From a plasmid, in sequence record CP132320.1: a stretch of DNA of 53,555 nt; one strand, 5' to 3'. The translations under genes were made by a program, and so were the position numbers. The notes under the pieces are model-generated. The model worked only from the letters and a program-made list of their open reading frames with translations, ran no database searches and had not been told where the DNA came from. Shown one piece after another: positions 9,563 through 18,032 of the stretch. Positions within the stretch are counted from its first letter, which is position 1, and each line of letters starts with the position of its first letter.

Positions 9563-9880
9563 TCAGGCAATAGCATGTAATCCCTTGTTCCGGACAACCG
9601 TCAACAAGCGGAGCGCTGGGCCGCTCGGCCTCTTAACACCACGTTCCCAATCCGAAACCAGTCCCTTGCTGACGTTAAGATAGCGGGCAAACACCGGCTG
9701 CGAGATGCTTTCGCGCTCACGGATAGTGCGAATTTCTTCCGGAGTAAGCGGCTCCACGGTTGTCAGGCAGCCTTCATCAAAGTCGCGCATCGTCTTTTTG
9801 TCGATCGCTCCTGACTCGTAGAAACCTTCCATCATCTCGTGGACGGCTGCCAACGCCTCACTCTTGTAGGTCTTACTCAT
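9563..9880 (-). CDS. higA: HigA-like XRE-family HTH antitoxin
   Basis: ISQPVFARYLNVSKGLVSDWERGVKRPSGPALRLLTVV matches the HigA2-type antitoxin pattern (S-Q-FA--LGVS--TLQ-WEQGRR-P-GPA--LL). It overlaps the upstream toxin gene by 8 nt. Confidence 0.75.
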   Translation of the reverse strand: MSKTYKSEALAAVHEMMEGFYESGAIDKKTMRDFDEGCLTTVEPLTPEEIRTIRERESISQPVFARYLNVSKGLVSDWERGVKRPSGPALRLLTVVRNKGLHAIA

Positions 9881-10247
9881 CGCATTTCACCTCTAACATA
9901 CGCCCCGCAGCGATTTCCGCGTCCATCTGCTCATCTGTGAATCCTAGAACCAGCTTCGCGGCCTTTTTCAGATAAGCCTCATCGGCATCGTCAAGATTGG
10001 CTACATCGCTCTTGGCAAAGCCAAATGCAAAAACAGCCCTTTGCTGCGTTCGGAAGAATACCAACGTCCGGAATCCACCGGACTTTCCCGCACCAGGCCT
10101 GGCAAGCCTCTGCTTAATGAGACCAGACCCCAGATCGGCATCGATCTGACCGCGTTCGGCACGTGCAACAGCCTCGCAAAGCATGGCGTCGGAGATTTTC
10201 TCCTTTCGAGCAAATTTCTGAAACCAGCCGTTTTTGAAAACTCTCAC
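9873..10247 (-). CDS. higB: RelE/ParE-superfamily HigB-like toxin
   Basis: 124 aa. GSGLIKQRLARPGAGKSGGFRTLVFF resembles the HigB2 motif GTGGLRKIRVASKGKGKRGGSRIIYY. The toxin-then-antitoxin gene order is typical of higBA. A palindrome AACGCTGAGCGTT (10262-10274) lies just upstream of the GTG start. Confidence 0.7.
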   Translation of the reverse strand: MRVFKNGWFQKFARKEKISDAMLCEAVARAERGQIDADLGSGLIKQRLARPGAGKSGGFRTLVFFRTQQRAVFAFGFAKSDVANLDDADEAYLKKAAKLVLGFTDEQMDAEIAAGRMLEVKCDE

Positions 10248-10261
10248 GTCGGTTCACTACC

Positions 10262-10274
10262 TAAAGATATATAA
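10262..10274. promoter_or_regulatory. palindromic putative HigA operator in the higBA promoter region
   Basis: AACGCT-G-AGCGTT is a near-perfect 13-bp palindrome 15-27 nt upstream of the higB start codon, next to a TATATA element. Confidence 0.4.
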
Positions 10275-10299
10275 CGCTGAGCGTTACCCTTCAAGAGGT

Positions 10300-10626
10300 T
10301 CATTCTGCCCCTCTCTTGAGCGCTTCAACTGCTCGCTCAATGGTTTCTGCCAGCGTGATCTCGTGCCTATCCGCATAGTTGTAAATCGCTTCGATAGTCT
10401 CTGCGCGAAGGCGCGTCGCGAATTGTTCTGTACGTCCCGTTTTCCGACGCGTTCTGCGCATGCCCCGAATGGAGGGAGCAGCTTCGGAACCGGCAGCCTT
10501 GGGTGTTTCTCTAAACCCCGCAGCTCTGGTCGCGGCCTTAACGGCATTGTTATCGACTGGCGGCGCTGGCGTGTTGTCCAAATCCCCGAAATCGAGGGTC
10601 GCGCGCTTCTTATCGTCAGTGCTCAT
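10300..10626 (-). CDS. ribbon-helix-helix (ParG/CopG-like) partition/centromere-binding protein
   Basis: 108 aa, ATGA-coupled downstream of parA. The C-terminal TEQFATRLRAETIEAIYNYADRHEITLAETIERAVEAL is a classic ribbon-helix-helix fold, as in ParG of type Ib partition systems. Confidence 0.55.
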   Translation of the reverse strand: MSTDDKKRATLDFGDLDNTPAPPVDNNAVKAATRAAGFRETPKAAGSEAAPSIRGMRRTRRKTGRTEQFATRLRAETIEAIYNYADRHEITLAETIERAVEALKRGAE

Positions 10627-11294
10627 GGCCCCTCTCCTCTCAAAGCGTTGATAACAGCCTGGGCAAAATCGCGGCTATTTTCCGTGGCGCTCTGCAATCC
10701 CGACACGTCGGACGCATCCAGATCGCGAAGTATTCCACCAAGAGAAAACAGTGCACGGTAAGCGGCGCGGTCGACCAGAGTTGCAGGTAGGACCGGTATT
10801 GCCGCGTCAGAAAACTGTCGATCGATGTCGCGGGCTGTCCGCTCGCGAATAGCTGGTGGGACGCGTGTAAAGAACACCCTGTAAGGAATATCCCGGTTGG
10901 CGACCTTCCGCATCTGGTGAACCAGCTTTACGGATTTAGCGGCCTCCGATGCATCGAGCACAGAGCTTTGAAGCGGGATTAAAACGAGATCCGAACGGGC
11001 AATCGCAAAGCCGATTCGGTCGGTCGCCGTGCCTTCCAGGTCGACGATGACAAAATCAGCATCTGCCCGGGCCTCCTCAATCGTGTCGATGATGGTCTCA
11101 GCCGAATCATCAATCATAAGTCGCACGGTGTCCGGCGTGCCCTTCAGGCGGGCCCATGCTTCAAGCGGGCGGTTGGGGTCGGCGTCGATCAAGACCACTT
11201 TACGGCCGGCCGCCGCAAACTCGCCGGCAAGCACAACAGCAGATGTCGTTTTGCCGACTCCGCCTTTGCTCGACACGAATGAAATGACTGGCAT
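10623..11294 (-). CDS. parA: ParA-family partition ATPase (small, type Ib)
   Basis: 223 aa with the deviant Walker A SSKGGVGKTT at the N-terminus and no N-terminal HTH extension. Confidence 0.9.
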   Translation of the reverse strand: MPVISFVSSKGGVGKTTSAVVLAGEFAAAGRKVVLIDADPNRPLEAWARLKGTPDTVRLMIDDSAETIIDTIEEARADADFVIVDLEGTATDRIGFAIARSDLVLIPLQSSVLDASEAAKSVKLVHQMRKVANRDIPYRVFFTRVPPAIRERTARDIDRQFSDAAIPVLPATLVDRAAYRALFSLGGILRDLDASDVSGLQSATENSRDFAQAVINALRGEGP

Positions 11295-11309
11295 GACACA
11301 TCTCCGAAT

Positions 11310-11410
11310 CTGCTAATTAGCAGAAAGCTAGCAGATTTGTATTTATAAACAATTTACATACAGATTTCTAGCAGCCAATAAAAAGCTAGAGGCTTGCAAG
11401 CTGCTAGATA
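11310..11410. repeat. centromere/operator-like TAGCAG repeat cluster upstream of parA
   Basis: A perfect 14-bp palindrome CTGCTAATTAGCAG (11310-11323) is followed by further (C)TAGCAG half-sites at 11328-11334 and 11368-11374. An inverted copy CTGCTAG lies at 11401-11407. The region is AT-rich. Confidence 0.5.
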
Positions 11411-11581
11411 CTTCACTGACCGCCGTCTTTCTCTTTCTCCTTCCCTTTTCAAAAGCCATCTCACATTGGCCGCAGGTGTAAACCTCTGTAGCCTAGTGCA
11501 ATTGCTGCCTAGCCGGCCCGCAACAAGCGCGGGCCGGAACCGTCGCAGGACCTCGTTAGAGGTCCGAACGGCGACGTCAGC

Positions 11582-12292
11582 TTATTCTTTTCTATTATTT
11601 ATAAAACTAGGAAGGGATTCAGTCTGTCTGGCGGACTCACGTAAATTGATTGCTTTCCCAAGACGGGCAAGGGCTTGCCCTAAGCGATTGTCACCAACAT
11701 CGAACAGGGTTCGGGCTTCAATATCTAGCGATGTCCTATGTGCATTGATATCCGCAGCGCGTTCTGCCTCCGCCTGGACGCGATCGTCCGGAACAGGAGG
11801 GGCCATGCCCCAACGACCAAGGAGCTCCCGCGCCCGACTGGGCAGGGACATGCGGTAGGCGTTGCTGGCCTGTTTCACCTGGGGACCGCGCCCCTGGTTA
11901 CCTGTCGGCTCGTAGCGCCGCAGCCAGTCGAGGAAGCCATGGGCGCGCAGGTTCTTCAACGCCCGCACGATCGCATCACGCGAGCGTCTGAGCTTCAGCA
12001 TCAGGGTGTCAATCGACGGCTCCAGCCGACCGGTGCGGAAATCAACGAGATTGGCGAACAGCTCCAGCAGCTCGATCGCCACGCCCCCCAAGGGTCCATT
12101 GCGAGTACCAGGTTGGCGGCCTGCCAGTTCATAGCGTCGTGCCGCCAACACGATCGCACGCACATCCTGTCGGCTCGTCCGCCGCCAGAATACCCCCTCG
12201 CATCGTCCACGCGCACGGCTCTGCCGCCGAACGGGCGCACGTTCCCGCTCGACTGGTGCTCGTTCGAGCACCGCCCCAATCTGTTCAAACAT
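11582..12292 (-). CDS. putative plasmid replication initiator (winged-helix Rep-like); start at 12292 preferred over the ORF start at 12343
   Basis: A strong SD, AAGGAGG, lies 11 nt upstream of the ATG at 12292. The HTH/winged-helix-like segment AIVRALKNLRAHGFLDWLRR is present. The gene sits between a ribbon-helix-helix regulator gene and the parA locus. GC-rich hairpins plus AT-rich stretches (11512-11610) lie downstream. Confidence 0.4.
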   Translation of the reverse strand: MFEQIGAVLERAPVERERAPVRRQSRARGRCEGVFWRRTSRQDVRAIVLAARRYELAGRQPGTRNGPLGGVAIELLELFANLVDFRTGRLEPSIDTLMLKLRRSRDAIVRALKNLRAHGFLDWLRRYEPTGNQGRGPQVKQASNAYRMSLPSRARELLGRWGMAPPVPDDRVQAEAERAADINAHRTSLDIEARTLFDVGDNRLGQALARLGKAINLRESARQTESLPSFINNRKE

Positions 12293-12445
12293 TGTACTTT
12301 CCGCCTCCTTTTTCAGGCGGGCACGACTGTGGACAGCGGACAAAGATTCATCGTTCCGACAAGAGATGCCTCTTGCAGGTTCTTGAACACTCGACTATCT
12401 TGAGACCTAGATTGTGTGGCCTCAAAAGCCGATGTCGTAACTGAC

Positions 12446-12484
12446 CGAAAACCCCTAGTCGTTACCAGCGGCGAGGGGTTTTTT
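12446..12484. terminator. bidirectional rho-independent terminator
   Basis: AAAA-CCCCT...AGGGG-TTTTTT hairpin, with an A-run on one side and a T-run on the other. It lies directly downstream of the minus-strand small ribbon-helix-helix gene. Confidence 0.5.
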
Positions 12485-12486
12485 CG

Positions 12487-12693
12487 TTATGCCCTCATTT
12501 CATTTTCAATAAACGCCTTCAAAGCCAATTCAAACACCTGAGCCCGCGATGCCAGCCCGCGTTCCGTCTTGATTTTATCAAGACAGTCCACCAGGTCTGC
12601 AGGCAGGTCCGTGTTGACATAGATACGCCCTGCCTCACGCAAGCGCTGGCGATGGGCTGCCACTTTTTCTCTGACTGGTTTCGCTGTGCTCAT
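12487..12693 (-). CDS. ribbon-helix-helix (CopG/ParD-like) transcriptional regulator; internal start used
   Basis: RIYVNTDLPADLVDCLDKIKTERGLASRAQVFELALKAFIENE fits a ribbon-helix-helix strand-helix-helix arrangement. The ORF tool extends it to 12927, but that extension runs across a terminator hairpin. Confidence 0.45.
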   Translation of the reverse strand: MSTAKPVREKVAAHRQRLREAGRIYVNTDLPADLVDCLDKIKTERGLASRAQVFELALKAFIENEMRA

Positions 12694-12914
12694 CGTTACA
12701 AGAAACTGTGATTCGTACCGATTCTGCAAGACGCAAATTTGCGGCTGCGGTTTCTTACGCATTTCACGTCTAAAGCGAAGGGTGGGGGGAGAGTAAGAGA
12801 GGCGGGGCGTGGGCGCCTCTCGTCTGGTCTTGGGCGGGTCGATCCCGATCAAGATCAGCCTACCACCAAAACTTTCGAAACAAACAGATTGTAAGCTGCT
12901 ATCTTTTAATAAGC

Positions 12915-12941
12915 AAAAACCCAGCACATTGCGGTGCTGGG
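12915..12941 (-). terminator. rho-independent terminator of the ParB-like operon
   Basis: CCCAGCAC-ATTGCG-GTGCTGGG hairpin (12920-12941). It is preceded on the plus strand by AAAAA, which gives a T-run on the minus strand. It sits 40 nt downstream of the ParB-like stop. Confidence 0.55.
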
Positions 12942-12982
12942 TTAGGCCTGAAAGACATTGCGTTTAAATCAGCGTGACAACC

Positions 12983-15019
12983 TTACGCCTTTATGTCGTC
13001 GATGGGGAACCGAAGAGGGTTTGGGAGCCACGCTTTTCCGGCAAGGGCTTTTTCCGCCAGCGCCACGACCTCGGCCTTCGGGGCCTTGCCTACCGCCTTG
13101 ATGGCGCTTTGCGCGCAACCGGCATCCTCCATCACCTCGGCAATCTGCACTTTGGACAGCCGGGACAGGAACGGAGTCTGCGCTTCCCAATGGCTGTTCA
13201 TGTCAAGTTTGAGCGCAGCGGCTAGCTGATCGGCGTGGGCGAGGCGGTCGCGGTCGTGATCGTACTTGGCCTCGACGGCGTTGATGTTAGCGGCAGTAAC
13301 GACGGCGAGGAGTTCGAGAAGCTCTTCCTGCGACTGCTCAAGCAGCCATTCCCAAAGGTCGCCTGGACCACCGGGGAGCTTGTGTCCCCAAGTTTCATGA
13401 ATGCGGTTCCATTCGTTCAGTGCATGGCAGACCTCTGGCTCCTTGATCGACGGGGCCAGGTCTTTCACCTGCCCGCTGATCTCGATGGCCGAGCCCACTC
13501 GCCAATAGCCGTTTCCAGTTAGGAAGGTTTTCAGGACCAGAGGATAGAGCATGACGGCAAGGGCGAGGTTCGGGCGCGTCACCAGCTCGTTGCGCATGGC
13601 GGCGGTGCGGATCGCTGTCAACTCCTCGATGAGCGCCGCCGAATAGGTCACTGCCTGCTCTGCCTCGCCATCGTCATCACCATGACCAGCGGTAAGGCCA
13701 TGGACGTTCCCGGCGCTGGCGGCTTCGCCGCTCTCTGTACCCTTGCCGGCCTGCTCTGCGGAGTGCGGATTACGTAAGAGACGCAGTGCCGCCAGATCGT
13801 CAGGCCGGACAAGCCCCTGCTCGATCTGCAGGGTCCCACCATTGCTAATGGTCACAATGCATCCGGCCAGCGCCTTTTCCTCACTATCGTAGACCTTGGC
13901 AGCACTGCGGATTTCCTCCATGCGGCTTTCGATGCCGGTAAGCTCGGCCTCATCGGCCTCAATGGCCGGATCGCCCTCGGCATACTCCTCAATGCGGCCC
14001 GCAATCTCATCGAAGCGCTCGGCCAAGGTCGAAAGCTCGGACTGTTCGAGGGCGGTCGGAACGTTGGTCTTCGGGAAGATACGGGCAAAGCCGCCATTGT
14101 GGATGGCCGAGACCTCGAGTCCGGCGTCCACCCATTTCCACCCCCTGATTTTGAGGGTCTCGGCCTCCTGTTCAAGTTGTCTGGTCGCAAGCGTCACCAG
14201 AAGAGCCCGATCCGTCAGGAACGTGGTGTCGGCCTCTGCAAACAGATCGCGCATGGTTGCCCCCCCTGCGGCCTCGTAAACCTCGATCCCGACGAAAAGA
14301 GCGAGCTTGTCGGTGCTGCGGACATGATCGCGGGTCAGCATGGCGCGAAGAGAGTAGGGGTCACGGTTCCATGATTGTGTTTCAAACCATACCCGATCCT
14401 GTGCGGCGTGATCGTCGCTGATCGCCAGCGCTTTGGCCTGATCGATACGGATTTTGTCCTCGCGCAATTCTCCTAGAATTTTAGGGGAGAGATTGGCGAG
14501 CTTAAGCCGCTGGCGCACGGTGGCGACGGACTGGCCGAAACGGGCAGCGATGTTCTCCGGAGTCATGCCGTCCTCGACAAGCTGGCGATAGGCCAGAATC
14601 TCATCCACGATGTGCATGGCCTCGCGCTGCGTGTTCTCGGCGAGGGAAATCTCGGTGTCGCTGTCGTCACCGGAACGAATGTTGCAGGGAATGAGTGTGC
14701 TCTTGTCCAGTCGGCCTTGCGTGACCAGAAGGGTGAGCGCGGCAAGGCGGCGGGAACCGGCGACAACCTCATATTTGTTTCCGCGCTTCGCCTTCCGGAC
14801 GGTGAGGTTCTGGATCAGGCCATGCGCCTCGACGCTGTCGGCCAGTTCCCCGACATTGACGGCGGCATTGAAGCGCCGAACGTTGGCGGGGCTTGGAACA
14901 AGGCGGGAAAGCGGAATTTCCTTGGTGTCCGATGACAGATAGGTGATGCCGGGGGCGTTGTCCTCGATCTCGGCGGCGACAGCTTCAACGGCGGTTTCGG
15001 ATACAGTGATAGCGTTCAT
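12983..15019 (-). CDS. large ParB/Spo0J/KorB-like protein (ParB N-terminal domain plus HTH plus ~400-aa C-terminal extension)
   Basis: ParB box KYEVVAGSRRLAALTLL and the HTH IAARFGQSVATVRQRLKLANL are both present. The preferred start is the ATG at 15019 (MNAITV), preceded by GAGGA with 8-nt spacing. The ORF tool extends it to 15217. Confidence 0.75.
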   Translation of the reverse strand: MNAITVSETAVEAVAAEIEDNAPGITYLSSDTKEIPLSRLVPSPANVRRFNAAVNVGELADSVEAHGLIQNLTVRKAKRGNKYEVVAGSRRLAALTLLVTQGRLDKSTLIPCNIRSGDDSDTEISLAENTQREAMHIVDEILAYRQLVEDGMTPENIAARFGQSVATVRQRLKLANLSPKILGELREDKIRIDQAKALAISDDHAAQDRVWFETQSWNRDPYSLRAMLTRDHVRSTDKLALFVGIEVYEAAGGATMRDLFAEADTTFLTDRALLVTLATRQLEQEAETLKIRGWKWVDAGLEVSAIHNGGFARIFPKTNVPTALEQSELSTLAERFDEIAGRIEEYAEGDPAIEADEAELTGIESRMEEIRSAAKVYDSEEKALAGCIVTISNGGTLQIEQGLVRPDDLAALRLLRNPHSAEQAGKGTESGEAASAGNVHGLTAGHGDDDGEAEQAVTYSAALIEELTAIRTAAMRNELVTRPNLALAVMLYPLVLKTFLTGNGYWRVGSAIEISGQVKDLAPSIKEPEVCHALNEWNRIHETWGHKLPGGPGDLWEWLLEQSQEELLELLAVVTAANINAVEAKYDHDRDRLAHADQLAAALKLDMNSHWEAQTPFLSRLSKVQIAEVMEDAGCAQSAIKAVGKAPKAEVVALAEKALAGKAWLPNPLRFPIDDIKA

Positions 15020-15077
15020 GGGAATGGTCCTCATGTTGGTGTGATCGGAAAATGTCAGTGGGGGAGGGGAGCGGCCG

Positions 15078-15656
15078 TCAGGCGTAGCCAGTCCAGTTGA
15101 TGGGGCGGCCGTCCCAGACGAAGGCGGTTCGCACATTGTCGATGCGCACGGATTTGGAGCGTCCATTGACGCGGCGGCGCATGGGCTTGCCGGTGAAGGC
15201 ATCGAGGTGAGGAACAACCTTGCCGGTCATCCACGGCTCATCGCCCTTGTCGGCGGAAATCTGGCTGACGGCGCAAACCTCGACCATGTGAGCGCCGATA
15301 ATCTTCGTCACCTGATAGAAATCGATATTGGTTTGCTCATAGCCCCATGAGGCATAGAGGACATGGCCGACTTCGAAACCGTGGGGTTTCTTGCGCTCGT
15401 CGCGGCGTTCCTGCTTCAATTCGGCCCAGCGCCGCCGCCCTTCGAAATGCTCCCGGATTTTGCGTTCGCGGGCGGCATCGTCGGGAAAGCTGTGGTGCCA
15501 GTCGGGTTTTACCGCCTTGCCGTGGAAGGCGATGGCGGCGGGCCGGTCCTTGGCGCTGCGGAAGATGTAGACAATGCCGTCACTGGCCTTGTCGGCGATC
15601 TTGATAGCGCCTTTCGGGATATAGAAATCGCGGGTGAAGGGAGCAAAGCGCATCAT
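15078..15656 (-). CDS. hypothetical protein (192 aa) in the ParB-like operon
   Basis: Intact ORF, overlapping the upstream small ORF by ATGA. No recognisable motif. Confidence 0.5.
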   Translation of the reverse strand: MMRFAPFTRDFYIPKGAIKIADKASDGIVYIFRSAKDRPAAIAFHGKAVKPDWHHSFPDDAARERKIREHFEGRRRWAELKQERRDERKKPHGFEVGHVLYASWGYEQTNIDFYQVTKIIGAHMVEVCAVSQISADKGDEPWMTGKVVPHLDAFTGKPMRRRVNGRSKSVRIDNVRTAFVWDGRPINWTGYA

Positions 15657-15850
15657 GCGAATTCCTCCAGTTCGTATTCCTCAACGCTGACGCTGACGGA
15701 CAGGCGGGCGCAGGTGCCGCCGCAAATGCCGTCCTCGAACGCCGGAAAGTAGCAATCATAGGCATGGTCGAAATCGACCGTCATGCCAGTCAGCCGCTCT
15801 CGCTCGGCTGCAAAGCTCAAAAACCATTCCTCGAAAGTCGGTTCACACAT
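15653..15850 (-). CDS. small Cys-containing hypothetical protein (~65 aa); first gene of the ParB-like operon
   Basis: The ATG at 15850 is preceded by GGAAGGA with 7-nt spacing. Cysteines are present in CEPTF...DCYF...ICGGTC. The ORF tool extends the frame to 16054. Confidence 0.4.
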   Translation of the reverse strand: MCEPTFEEWFLSFAAERERLTGMTVDFDHAYDCYFPAFEDGICGGTCARLSVSVSVEEYELEEFA

Positions 15851-16474
15851 TCCCTTGTCCTTCCTTTTCCTTGGACTGCGAAGCAGGACCTCGTCCTGCT
15901 TCCCGGGGCCGCGCGAGCGGTGGGATGGAGGGGGAAAATAGCCTTTGCGGGGAACCGGCTGCACGGAACGCAGCGCAAGCGCAGTGGAGGAAGCTGGGCG
16001 GAAGGCTATTTTGGGGGCGAGAAGGGCAAGGCCCTCGGTTCCCCCATTAGACAAACGAACTCGCGCAATCGCGCGTCATGTTCCGGCGAGATCGCCGGCA
16101 GCACGAAGGATCGTCACCGGGACGGCGGAAACCCGGAACGGGGTTCCGTGGAGCTGCAGCACAGCTGCAGCGGAATAGAGCCTGGCCCTCGGGCGTGCCT
16201 GTGGAGATAGCAGCCTCTTGAAGAAAAACAAATGAAGAACATCCAAGACCATGTTATGCCAGTTCTCCAATCGTTTGGTGCTGGAGAGGTGCAGGATGCA
16301 GGAAGCTTACCATCGTCGATACCCGAAGATCAGTTGCGACCGGGGATGCCGGTGGAAACATTCATCAGCACAGGCGACCGGACTTTCCTGGACTATTTAG
16401 TAAAACCACTTGTCGACTCTGCGCGACATGCGTTCATTGAAGAGTGACTGGGCGGCGCAAGAGGATGCAAGACC

Positions 16475-17230
16475 TTGAAAATTAAGCACACGGCACTCAT
16501 TCGGCTGGCTTTCGTCGTGTTTGTCGCGGCGGTTGCCTTTTCTTCGGTACACCTATTCCGCGGTCCGTCGCAAGACCACAGCCGTACAGCATTGGAAGGA
16601 GCTTCAAAGTACGTAGCTGAACTGCCCGTTACAACGACTGTCTTAATGTACAACAATAATCAACCGACCACCGCTTTCATAGGCAACTCTCAAGTCGCAG
16701 AGGCCGCGAAGCAGTATATCAAAGAGAAGCGCCCAGGAAGATACCGGCGAGCTTGGGGCCAGGCGGAGATCGAAGTTATCGTTCTGTCAGGGATCACGAG
16801 TTTGTCAGATGACGCGAGAGCAAAAGAGATCTCTGCGCTAGGCCTACGGGACGGTGTATCTGCTGAAGTACAACAAGCCTCAGCCACGAATCAGTTCTGC
16901 TTAGCCCGACGCCAAAGTGTGCATGGGTGGTCGGCTGGTGGTTTCGTTCTCGTTAATACGGGAAATGCGAGTGAGGCAGAGATCAATCAGTGCATACTAA
17001 AAGGTTTCGACTATTTAGATGGCTTGCCGACTGCTCGCAATGAATTTGATCCCGCTGCGCTCCCCGCAGATGAAGTCCGCCATGCTGTCGTGGATTACGT
17101 AAGGTCGTGTGCGTTTGAAAGCCGGGCCGATCCCGAAAAACAACAGAGATCCAATTATGGGATTTTTTCGCAACCCGACATGACTTGTGTTCGTGATAAG
17201 CTTCAACAGGCCATGGCAAAGGCCGGCTAG
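16475..17230 (+). CDS. hypothetical exported or membrane-anchored protein (251 aa), in a lower-GC islet
   Basis: N-terminal hydrophobic signal/anchor (LIRLAFVVFVAAVAFSSVHL). Local GC is visibly lower than in neighbouring sequence. No recognisable domain. Confidence 0.5.
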   Translation: MKIKHTALIRLAFVVFVAAVAFSSVHLFRGPSQDHSRTALEGASKYVAELPVTTTVLMYNNNQPTTAFIGNSQVAEAAKQYIKEKRPGRYRRAWGQAEIEVIVLSGITSLSDDARAKEISALGLRDGVSAEVQQASATNQFCLARRQSVHGWSAGGFVLVNTGNASEAEINQCILKGFDYLDGLPTARNEFDPAALPADEVRHAVVDYVRSCAFESRADPEKQQRSNYGIFSQPDMTCVRDKLQQAMAKAG

Positions 17231-17366
17231 GAACATTGATTGTCGCGACAGGGTGCGTATCAAATTGGTATACCTCCTGAGACAATCTGCGTGAGACACA
17301 TAACAGTGTATCATTTGGGTTGAATTTGAAGTTATGAGACGCTACCCATTGAAGGTCTAGAACCTA

Positions 17367-17933
17367 TTGAGACGTTTCATGGCAATTTACGGGTATGCGC
17401 GCGTCAGCACCATCGATCAGGATCTGGCGATTCAAGAGGCGGCTCTGAAGGCGGCCGGTTGCACGGTCATCCGGGCGGAAAAGAAATCCGGATCGACCAA
17501 GCAGGATCGGAGGGAGCTAAACACGCTTCTAGAATTCATGCGCGACGGCGACAGCCTGGTTGTAACGCGGGTCGATCGTCTGGCGCGGTCAGTTGGGGAT
17601 CTGCAAGACATCGTACGGCTGCTCAAGCAAAAAGGGGTGACGCTGAAGGCGACGGAACAGCCGATCGACACGAGTTCGGCGGCCGGCAAAGCATTCCTCG
17701 ATATGCTCGGCGTATTCGCTGAGTTCGAGACGAACCTTCGTAGAGAAAGACAGATGGAAGGCATCGCCGCTGCAAAAAGCAGAGGGGTCTACAAAGGCAG
17801 GAAGCCTCATGTTGATGTTGCCGAGATCTGCCGACTAAAATCTGATGGGATGGGACCAACGGAAATTGCCAAGACGCTGAACATAGGTCGGGCAAGCGTG
17901 TATCGCGCCCTTAGAGAAGCCGCATCATCGTAG
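17367..17933 (+). CDS. serine recombinase (resolvase/invertase family)
   Basis: YGYARVSTIDQD catalytic-serine motif. C-terminal HTH (PTEIAKTLNIGRASVYRAL). The probable start is at MAIYGY (17379). Confidence 0.85.
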   Translation: MRRFMAIYGYARVSTIDQDLAIQEAALKAAGCTVIRAEKKSGSTKQDRRELNTLLEFMRDGDSLVVTRVDRLARSVGDLQDIVRLLKQKGVTLKATEQPIDTSSAAGKAFLDMLGVFAEFETNLRRERQMEGIAAAKSRGVYKGRKPHVDVAEICRLKSDGMGPTEIAKTLNIGRASVYRALREAASS

Positions 17934-18032
17934 GGCAAGAAGGCGGTTTCGCGCCATAAGCGGACCTCGCTGCGCGGCGTCGGGAAGACTGAGAGGTTCG
18001 TGCACGACCTCAACCTGATCGAACCTTGATCT

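Noticed and set aside
9435-9683. 82-aa plus-strand ORF between the traG-coupled ORF and higA
   Set aside because: It overlaps the 3' end of higA on the opposite strand. Low-complexity translation. Probably spurious.
12694-12927. Upstream extension of the ribbon-helix-helix regulator ORF
   Set aside because: It crosses the terminator hairpin at 12915-12941, and the translated extension is low-complexity. The ribbon-helix-helix fold starts near the internal Met.
12969-14942. Several 60-130 aa ORFs overlapping the ParB-like gene
   Set aside because: They overlap a coherent 680-aa ParB-like frame and have the skewed Ala/Arg/Ser composition typical of high-GC shadow ORFs.
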